In this document: piece by piece, positions 54,496-64,000 of the stretch
How positions within the stretch are numbered: position 1 is the stretch's first letter
Layout: each line of letters opens with the position of its first letter
Assembly: GCA_951406725.2 (NCBI GenBank)
Contig: OX597836.1
Location: 26,226,001 to 26,290,000 of the forward strand
Length of the DNA: 64,000 nucleotides
Reading direction: 5' to 3'
Source of the DNA: Octopus vulgaris
Taxonomy: Eukaryota
Notes under the pieces: generated by a model
Seen by the model: the letters and a program-made list of their open reading frames with translations, nothing else
Told to the model about the DNA's origin: nothing
Databases searched by the model: none
Made by a program: the position numbers and the translations under genes

Positions 54496-55274
54496 GTATC
54501 TTAACTGGTACGTGGGTGCAGCAGCCAACACAATTTAGCAACCAAAGTATTTGGGGTTCAAGTCTCACCCCCGACAGAGTGTTATGTCTCTCATTCTCTT
54601 AGATATATTGACAAGTTCTTCGTTTGATTGCTCTACCGAGTTGATTTTGTTCTCTGTTGTACGCAATTTTATTACCTAACACCAGGCCTGGATGAACATC
54701 ACTACACGGATTTCGGTTGCCTTCAGGAAAATTCATCCTATTTCAAGTAGTGAAGCAAAGCCTTATCATAGAACGGATAAAGGTGACGCCAGGTAGAGCA
54801 ATGATAGGGGCAGGAGCACGAACAGTGGTAGGGTCAGTCCCCCTACGACTGGTGAGGTTCTTACAGCCGATGCCCACACTGATCATCTGCAGACCGATTT
54901 ATGCAGTAAAAAGTTTTGCACAAAGGAAATTGTAGTTATTGCTTTAATACTTGAACCTGCTGATGCACACGGGAGGAACTTTTCATACACCACTCGTATG
55001 TATGTTTGTATGCCATCATAAAAACCCACAATATGGTAGAAGCAATAGCCCTTCATAATAAAAAGGAATACTGGTGGAATGTCCCAGTGAAGACCTCAAT
55101 AAAATGTAAGCACAACAGACCTGATAAGTATGTTTGTATGTATCATGTATGCATGCATGTATGTATTACTATCTATGTATGTATAGATGCTTATGTGTGT
55201 TTGTATGTATGTATGCATGTATGCATCTACGTACGTACGTTCGTATGTATGTCTGTCTGTATGTATGTATGTCA

Positions 55275-55711
55275 GTGTTCAGTTTTATTTCAACGTGGCT
55301 GTGTGGTAAGTAGCTTGCTAACCAACCACATGGTTCCGGGTTCAGTCCCACTGCGTGGCATCTTGGGCAAGTGTCTTCTGCTATAGCCCCGGGCCGACCA
55401 ATGCCTTGTGAGTGGATTTGGTAGACGGAAACTGAAAGAAGCCTGTCGTATATATGTATATATATATATGTATATATATATATATGTATATATGTATGTG
55501 TGTGTGTGTGTTTGTCTGTGTGTCTGTTTGTCCCCCTAGCATTGCTTGACAACCAATGCTGGTGTGTTTACGTCCCCGTCACTTAGCGGTTCGGCAAAAG
55601 AGACCGATAGAATAAGTATTGGGCTTACAAAGAATAAGTCCCGGGGTCGATTTGCTCGACTAAAGGCGGTGCTCCAGCATGGCCGCAGTCAAATGACTGA
55701 AACAAGTAAAA
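55275..55711 (+). mobile_element. SINE family A (intron 2)
   Basis: Full-length, young copy. Confidence 0.92.
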
Positions 55712-56421
55712 AAGTAATAGAGAAAGAGTCGTTTTCTAACTTAAATCCAAGGCTACATCATTGGAATTTCAACATCAACAGGGTATTTTCGTATGGATGT
55801 ATATGTGCAGGTTTGTATGTTTTGCTTTATGTATGTATTCTCATGCATATAGTTGCATATCTAGACATTCTCATATATTTTTAAATGATAAACTTTTGGA
55901 AAGTTTTACAGATTTTTACAGTTCCGGTGATGGATTGGATCTTTAGTCTTCGAAATAGCTTTCTCCTTTCCGGTTTTGAGAAGCCTAATTTCTCAAGATT
56001 GGTATTTAGGCAATGTGTTACCTATGTATGTATGTATGTATGTATGTATGTATGTATGTATGTATGTATGTATGTATGTATGTATGTATGTATGTATGTA
56101 TGTATGTATGTATGTATGTATGTATATATGTATGTATGTATGTACGTATGTATGTAACCCGCTCCCCCACCAGATTGTCACTTAGGCATTTACTTACAAA
56201 ATCAAGTGCAACAATTATTATTAGTAATAATGTGCATACATAATCTGGATACGGAAGCTAGAGGTTTCGAAGCAGTTATTTTTCTCTTTGATTTTCGAAG
56301 AGACATTTGCATCAGAAAGGCAGTTGAGGTTAGGAACCAAATGGAAAATATATGTATTCTAATATTAAACAGTAATTCTTTTCAGATATTTTCACATGAA
56401 ATACTTTTCCTCGTTCTTCAG

Positions 56422-56518
56422 GCAGAGAATTCCAGATGTATGATTCATCTGCTGGAGAGGTCAAAGTAGAACTTGACATGTTGTTTACAAGGGAACAATG
56501 GGAGGAACTCGTAAGATT
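56422..56518 (+). CDS. Astacin exon 3 (prodomain with aspartate-switch-like ELDM motif)
   Basis: TTCTTCAG| (S)REFQMYDSSAGEVKVELDMLFTREQWEELVR(L) |GTAAGT. Phase 1 to 2. Confidence 0.88.
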
Positions 56519-56688
56519 GTAAGTTGTATTTATCTCGACATCTGTTTCTTGTCAACACTGAATATTATGTTTGGGGGTTCTCCTCCGTCTGCATTATCTT
56601 TTGATTCTCTCAACCTAACAAAACCTGTTCTTAAATCGCAACGAAATCCTTAAATGCGTTGCTTAACTTTATTCCTTTTATGCTTTAA

Positions 56689-56890
56689 CTTGTTTCACTT
56701 ATTTCACTGCGGCCATGCTGGGGCACCGTCTCGAAGGGATTTAGTCGGATAAATCGACCCCAGGAATCACTCTTCTTTTTAAGCCTGGTATTTACTCTAT
56801 CAGTGTATTTTGCCGAACCGCTAAATTACGAGGCTGTAAACATACCAACACAGGTTGTGTTGTGATGCTGGGGAACAAACACAGACACAA
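56689..56890 (-). mobile_element. SINE family A 3' part, diverged (intron 3)
   Basis: Matches at CTGCGGCCATGCTGG and TTTTGCCGAACCGCT. Confidence 0.75.
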
Positions 56891-56947
56891 ACGTAAGCAC
56901 ACGCAGATATACATATATTTATATACATATATATGTATATTTATGTG

Positions 56948-57014
<67 letters not shown>

Positions 57015-57060
57015 TTACAGAAAAACAAAAGACGAAGACAGGTGTATGAACAACAAGCAG

Positions 57061-57138
<78 letters not shown>

Positions 57139-57512
57139 AGATTAGAGACAGGTATTCTCTATATAGAATACACTTCGTAGTGCTCAAGAGATTTGAACTC
57201 GAGCAGATAGAGGAGTAAATGTAAGGACGAGAAAGTTAGGCAAGTCGATATACACAAAATATTAAATACATTTAATATGAAAAAATGTACATATGTATAC
57301 ATATAAAATATTCCGACTTACACAGAACATGAACATGAATGATGTCAGGAGTGAAAGGGGTTGAGTTTTACGAGTCCAGCAGCTGTTTCTGGGGGCTTGG
57401 TGGCCCGGAATAAAGATAGTCACTTGGTTCCATCATCTCATAACACCGCCTCCGTCTTCAGGGGAGAATGTTACATTTAAGGGGGTTGGTAACACTGTTG
57501 GACTCGTAAAAC

Positions 57513-58290
57513 TCAACCCCTTTCACTCCTGGCATCATTTACATTATCTGCAACTTGTACCACCATATCCAAGAATTGTCCTTGCCAGTGCCTATGTGGT
57601 GTCCTCGTGGCCTGGGGGACCGCCACCTTTTCCTCCATGCCTAACAGTATGGCAGTTACCAGCCAGTCTACATCCACTTCTGAGAGTATTTCCTCTACCA
57701 TAACCCTGGAAGCACGTCTCCCAAAATATGCGGGTAGAATAACTACTTCATCAGTCCTCAGCGGTGTTGCTGAGTGCAGCCTGACGGTAGCCAATTCCCG
57801 GAACTGCAATTCCACCGTTCCAAACTTCTTTCCTCTGGCAAGGTAGGAAATCCCTTACCAGATTGGTCAAAGTGCCTTTTAAACTTGCACCGTCGACATG
57901 ACTTCAATTCTCTTTGCTGCTACAGAGTACGTCCTGTAAATTATTGTTCTTTCCTGTTTCTCCTTTAAAACTCCTTTGAGGGGAACACTTTCACGTCTTT
58001 CCCCTCCCTTTTAAGCATTCTTAAAAAATTATTCAATTCTTCCAAACTCATGTCTTCACTCTTTTCTTCTGCCACTACAGCATAACTTCTTGCTTCCATT
58101 TTCTTGTCAATTCTTTTTAAACACTCCACCATCTCCTCCTCATACGACACAAAGTCCGAAGAAGGATAGTACACAAAGTCTGAACAATTCAGGCCCTCAC
58201 AGCTCTTCACCCGACCCTCCTCCATTAAACAAGAGGTAAAGCGTCGCACCGCCAGAAAAACCAAAACAACACGTGTGTTACACACAAGAC
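57513..58290 (-). mobile_element. Decayed coding fragment, probably LINE ORF1 (Tx1-like)
   Basis: Two consecutive, non-repetitive minus-strand ORFs (106 and 100 aa) including SYAVVA. They lie antisense inside an intron and the frame is broken. Confidence 0.5.
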
Positions 58291-58382
58291 TGACAAAGGC
58301 TATACCGGAAGCAAGCTTCTTACCACACAGCTACTCTTGCGCCTGTATGGGTGTGCGTGTGTGTGTGTGTGTGTGTGTGCGT

Positions 58383-58492
<110 letters not shown>

Positions 58493-58743
58493 CACTGTCG
58501 CCAATTTAGGAGGACCGCTAAAAAGAATGCGCTCCTGTTCGTCCTACCCCTTTAATTAAAAATATATAAGAGCCCTGAACAGATAAAGGGTTCGCGAAAA
58601 TGTAGGCGGTATCTTGAAAAGATAGGATATCGGCCAACAAACACAGGTATCCAGAATATGAAGGAGGTCGCTTGTAGATATTTTATAAATGTATTCCACA
58701 TCATTGTAACTGATAAAGGGATTTTGTTTCTATCTTCCAACAG

Positions 58744-58844
58744 AAACAGAACTGGAGACAGTCAAAGGAAAAGGAGGAAAGCCACCCGACCTATCTATCG
58801 TCGCTGGACAAACAACATAGTCCCTTACCAACTGCGAAATGACT
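58744..58844 (+). CDS. Astacin exon 4 (furin site and start of the mature domain)
   Basis: TTCCAACAG| NRTGDSQRKRRKATRPIYRRWTNNIVPYQLRND +T |GTAAGT. RKRR convertase site and W..N.VPY astacin motif. Phase 2 to 1. Confidence 0.92.
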
Positions 58845-58958
58845 GTAAGTATTGCATGTTCAATAAGCATTGTATATTAAATTAAATACTGTATAATGAA
58901 ATCCCTCCCCTAAAATTGATGGCGCTGTGCCAAAGTTGTTATTATTATTATTATTATT

Positions 58959-59581
58959 GAGTGAGCGAGCAGAGCATACCATCAAAGTGACACTGGGGTA
59001 AAATATACGAAGCCCAATATACCCATCATGACTACCTGTCTGATAAGGGTACACCAGGCACATGCATCACAACCATATGTGCGCGACATGGTGATCTCAT
59101 ATCAAGATAAACAGCACATGACCTTGCAGGTGGGGCCCAGTTAGAATTTTCTTCAGGTCGAGTAACCCATCCCACTCAAAAGGTCCCTGAATAAGGGTTG
59201 TTTAAGGATGTTGAACGAAACACCCATGTTTCCAGAGGTGAATTATTCAAACCCCCAAAGAATCCCCCTCAACACATGGCTATGATGCTCCCCCACTACT
59301 TCTGCTCGTGATCAGAGATGCACATATCGTCAGCCACCAAGGGACATGCTCAACTGGTTAAGGTCAAACAACTGACAAGCAAATCTGTGGTATTGAGCAG
59401 AATATTTGCTGTAGCCCATCTTTTATACCAAGACAAAACAATGTACATGATAACACTTCCAATCAGTTAAGATCAGAAGCCATGAGAGCCACTGCCTCGT
59501 ACTGCATCAGGGCATTGATAACACTTCCAATCAGTTAAGATCAGAAGCCATGAGAGCCACTGCCTCGTACTGCATCAGGGC

Positions 59582-59582
<1 letters not shown>
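58959..59582 (-). mobile_element. Non-coding retroposon in (TAA)n with a tandemly duplicated end
   Basis: Flanked by (TTA)n. 59448-59515 is repeated at 59516-59582. A partial second copy lies at 61349-61490. Confidence 0.7.
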
Positions 59583-59641
<59 letters not shown>

Positions 59642-59664
59642 CATTATTATTATTATTATTATTA

Positions 59665-59708
<44 letters not shown>

Positions 59709-59779
59709 GTTATTGTTATTGCCTTTGCACAGCTTCTAACGCTGGAGATGCACTACGGTGTCAGTTGTTCACTACCAGT

Positions 59780-60835
59780 GAACTAAGGTAACACCTCTTA
59801 TTTTTCGAGCACCTTCCGGAGTATTCGAGCGGTTCCAAGCAGTGCTGTTTTCTGCAAGTGCTCCGCCATTATTGCAGCCCCTATTTGTTCCATGTAATTC
59901 CCGAGATTTTTACTCACTGTTCCCAGGGTTCCAACAATTATTGGTACTACTACCATCTTTTTCTTCGACCACAACTGCTTAACTTCCCAAGCTAACCTGT
60001 CAATCGATCGACTTTTCTTTCTTCCTTATCGCACAGCTAGTTGTCAGCTGGGCATGCTATATCTATGATCCAGCACGGTTTGCTTTCTTCCTCAATTAAG
60101 ACTACGTCCAGCTTCCTATTCTCTATCTCATGGTCGCACTGAATCATAAAATACCACAGGATCTTTGCTTTATCATTTTCGATGATGCCTTCGGGTTTGT
60201 GGTCGTACCAATTTTTTGCTCTGTTAAGTCCATACTTGTGGCAAAGTGTCCAATGGACAAGCCTGGCTATATTGTCGTGGCGTCTCTTATATTCCTTCTG
60301 AGCTAGTGGCGTACATTGGCTGGAAATATGCCATACGGTTTCACCATTTTGTCCACAGATTCTGCACTTATCACTTTCTGTATTTTATATATTTATATAT
60401 GTATTTTATATATTTTATATAGTTTGTTCTTAGTGCTTGCTCTTGGGCAGCACAAATTAGAGCATCTGTTTCAGGTTTTAAATCACTTTTAGTCATCCAC
60501 AGTCATCTTTTTTTCTCTATCTGTCTTATCTTCAACATTGCTATGAAATTGTTCAGGCATTCTTTTCTTTACCCACCTATTTTCGTTTTCAATTTCTTGT
60601 ATGGTGCTTTATCTTTGCAATCTTTCATCCTGCACAAGCCTGACCTCCTTAATTCTAATAATAGCAATTCTGTGGCATTTTTTACATATCATGCTATGTT
60701 GTTTTCTTCTGTTCTTATGCTGTCTTCACATTCAATAAGTCCCCTTCACCCTCTTTTTCTTGGTACATACAGTATGTCTGTGTCACTTTTTAGGTGGAGT
60801 GTCCCATATCTAGTTAGTAACTTCCTTAAGAAGTT
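59780..60835 (-). mobile_element. R4/Dong LINE relic
   Basis: Minus strand: ALICAAQEQALRTN, CRIC...ETVWHISSQC, RRHDNIA, KILWYFMIQCDHEIENRKLDVV. Confidence 0.85.
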
Positions 60836-61295
60836 TTGAAATTTCAATGGGATTGATCACCACTGGTATCACTTTTACATTACCTTCTCGCATTCCATAC
60901 AGTCTTGCCATTTCCACTTTCTATTCAGAATACTTGGTGATTTTTTCAACCTCTTTACTCACGACATCCATGTCCTTTGGTATGACTACATCGATGATCT
61001 GACAGTATTTGTCTCGCTTATTCAATATGACAATATCCGGCCGACGGTGTTCGATTATCATAGTCACAGAGTATCGTTACTTTTCCATCCTCCTGCATAA
61101 CTTTACTTGGTACATGCTCAGACCAGTTCTCTGTAACTTCATATTGGTATTTACGGCATAAGAGCCAATGAAGATACACGCACACTCTATCGTGGCGGCG
61201 CATGTATTCTGTTTGTGCAAGGTTCTCACATCCACTTACCAAGTGGGTCACATTTTCCACACACTCCACAGAGTCTGCATTTCTGGGTGTCAGAA
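60836..61295 (-). mobile_element. Second R4/Dong LINE fragment
   Basis: ENVTHLVSGCENLAQTEYMRRHDRVCVYLHW. Its 3' part is homologous to 51910-52090. Confidence 0.85.
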
Positions 61296-61303
61296 GTTCT
61301 ATT

Positions 61304-61348
<45 letters not shown>

Positions 61349-61489
61349 GAGTGAGAGAGCAGTTCATGCCATCAAAGTGACACTGGGGTAAAATATACGA
61401 AGCCCAATATACCCATCATGACTACCCGTCTGATAAGGGTACACCAGGCACATGCATCACAACCATATGTGCGCGACATATAAACAGCA

Positions 61490-61537
<48 letters not shown>

Positions 61538-61794
61538 CAGTATTATTATTATTCTATGTTTTACTTTTGCTTTATATTTGTACAAGTTGGCTCCAAGTCT
61601 CACCCAGAGACCTCAAGAGACAACAGGTTGGAAGTTCATGTTGTTGTTATGCCTAGTGTGCCATATATTTGTTTTTTTTTGTGTGTTGTACTAGTGAATG
61701 TCTAAAAAAAAAGAAAGAAAAAAACGAAAATTATGTTTGTTTTAAACATTGAGATTACATAGAAAGTATTTTGCGTAGGATATGAGCAGTTCCC

Positions 61795-61846
<52 letters not shown>

Positions 61847-62360
61847 GATATTGTTGTGGTTGTTGTTACTGTTTCTAATGGCATACGACCACAGATTTTG
61901 CGGGAGAGAGTTAGTCTCTTTCACTGGCCCCGGTAATTGTCTAGCACTTAATTTTATAAAACTCTGGAAGGATGAAAGTTAAATTAAACCAGAGTGGGAT
62001 CTAATTTCAATAACACGTTTTATTAGCAAGGATCACACAATGATTAGATTGGTGCTTGGAATCCTATAATTAAACTTCTTGAGAAGGTTAGTTACCAATC
62101 ATACGGTCCTGAGTTCAATCCCTCGGTTTGACGTCGATGTTTTATTGTTTTTATTTATTCTTTCGGTATTTTGTTGCTTTCCACGTTCAAATCCTACCAA
62201 AACTATCTTTGGTTTTAGTCCTTCAAGAGATCGATGAAACCAAGTAGTTTTGAGTTACTGGTGTCGATGAAATCGATTGAGTCCCTGTCTTTAAAAAAGT
62301 AGGTTTCAAGCGGTGTCAGGCACCCTTGTTGTTATTATTTGTTTTGTTTTATATTTTCAG

Positions 62361-62484
62361 TTACTTCTGGTCAAAGAAGCCAAGTGTATGCAGCGATCAA
62401 TGACTGGAACCGTTACACCTGCTTAACATTTCGTGCGGCAGGCGCGGGTGACCGCAACAAAATAGTTTTGGGAAATGGCGGAGG
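62361..62484 (+). CDS. Astacin exon 5 (catalytic domain N-terminal part); the gene continues beyond the window
   Basis: TTTTCAG| (F)TSGQRSQVYAAINDWNRYTCLTFRAAGAGDRNKIVLGNGG(G) |GTAAGT. AI..W...TC..F is an astacin signature. Phase 1 to 2. Confidence 0.93.
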
Positions 62485-62735
62485 GTAAGTAAATAACTTT
62501 ATTCAAAAATGTTGCCGATGAGATTTTCTTTATTTTGTGGCCATCCTTGTGAGTTTAATAAGACAAAAACATATCTAGAGTTATGTGAACATAGTTACCT
62601 CCATGTATATCTTTACTGAATTTTTAGTCAATTTTAATTTTAGAATTCTCTCCCTTGTGTTTTTGAGAAGAATTACCGTTAACACTAAAGGCGGGTGCGA
62701 TTCCAACTAATTAAAAGAATATTTTTAGACACATT

Positions 62736-62945
62736 ACTCTTTTACTCTTTTACTTGTTTCAGTCATTTGACTGCGGCCATGCTGGAGCACCGCCTTTAGT
62801 CGAGCAAATCGACCCCGGAACTTATTCTTTGTAAGCCCAGTACTTATTCTATCGGTCTCTTTTGCCGAACCGCTAGGTGACGGGGACGTAAACACACCAG
62901 CATCGGTTGTCAGGCAATGCTAGGGGGACAAACACAGACACACAA

Positions 62946-63001
<56 letters not shown>

Positions 63002-63162
63002 CAGGCTTCTTTCAGTTTCCGTCTACCAAATCCACTCACAAGGCATTGGTCGGCCCGGGGCTATAGCAGAAGACACTTGCCCAAGATGCCACGCAGTGGG
63101 ACTGAACCCGGAACCATGTGGTTGGTTAGCAAGCTACTTACCACACAGCCACTCCTGCGCCT
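62736..63162 (-). mobile_element. SINE family A, full length (intron 5)
   Basis: Near-identical to 10116-10520. Confidence 0.92.
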
Positions 63163-63586
63163 ATGTTAGATGGCACTTAAGTATATATCCTTCATGCACA
63201 AATCCCACCCCTGATGGACTACAGAGACCGCAATTCAGAAGTTGGCATTGTAGAACACAGAATCATGCTTAATTATCAGAAAGGATTACGTTCTGTGAGT
63301 TCGATGAGGAAGCATTTCAGCTGACCGAACAGCTCGTCGTCGATAGCCTGTAGACCAGGAACAGATTTTAACTTCAACTACATCATCAAACAGATGTGTG
63401 ATTTGAGGGCTTTTGGGAGGCTACATCTTACCGAGTCAAGAAAACATCAAGAGCAGGGGACCCAAACCACTGGGCCTCGGCCCAGGGCCGGGTAGTGGAT
63501 TGTTTGATATCAGGTCGCAAAGAAAGAACGAATTTTTTAATTTTATTTCTAATTTATTGACTATCGCAGAGTTTTTTTTGCACTGG

Positions 63587-63664
<78 letters not shown>

Positions 63665-63828
63665 AACGATTTCATTATTTGAGTTTATCTCGCCTAAGAA
63701 AGATCCTCGCAGTCTCTAAATATCTCATGAGGTTAATCATATTGTTTGGCTACTCGAGTTATACTTTTTAGCTCTCATTTCAAATAATTGCAAGTGCTAC
63801 TTTGCACCCTTATTTTTGCACCCGTATT

Positions 63829-63961
<133 letters not shown>

Positions 63962-64000
63962 TTATATTTATATTTATATTTATATATATATATATATATA

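Overview
Repeat-saturated, AT-rich animal genomic DNA. The tRNA-headed SINE families and dense (TA/CA/TACA/GATA/TAA)n microsatellites suggest an octopus or other coleoid cephalopod, which is an inference. Nearly all ORFs in the track are microsatellite artefacts. One real gene was found: five phase-compatible 5' exons (51065-62484, +) of a secreted astacin-family zinc metalloprotease that continues beyond the window. The rest is SINEs, fragments of R4/Dong, RTE and Tx1/L1 LINEs, Tc1 and mariner relics, Helitrons and MITE-like elements. The main discovery is at 511-2284: a 493-nt unit containing a complete type I hammerhead ribozyme (HHR). It occurs as a head-to-tail dimer followed by a fold-back inverted copy (796-bp arms, 1 mismatch), all inside a (TA)n tract. 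This fits a young retrozyme-like (circular RNA) or Penelope-related insertion, though an assembly artefact is not excluded. About a dozen further intact or variant hammerheads in several short, mostly (TA)n-associated, non-coding element families are scattered through the window.
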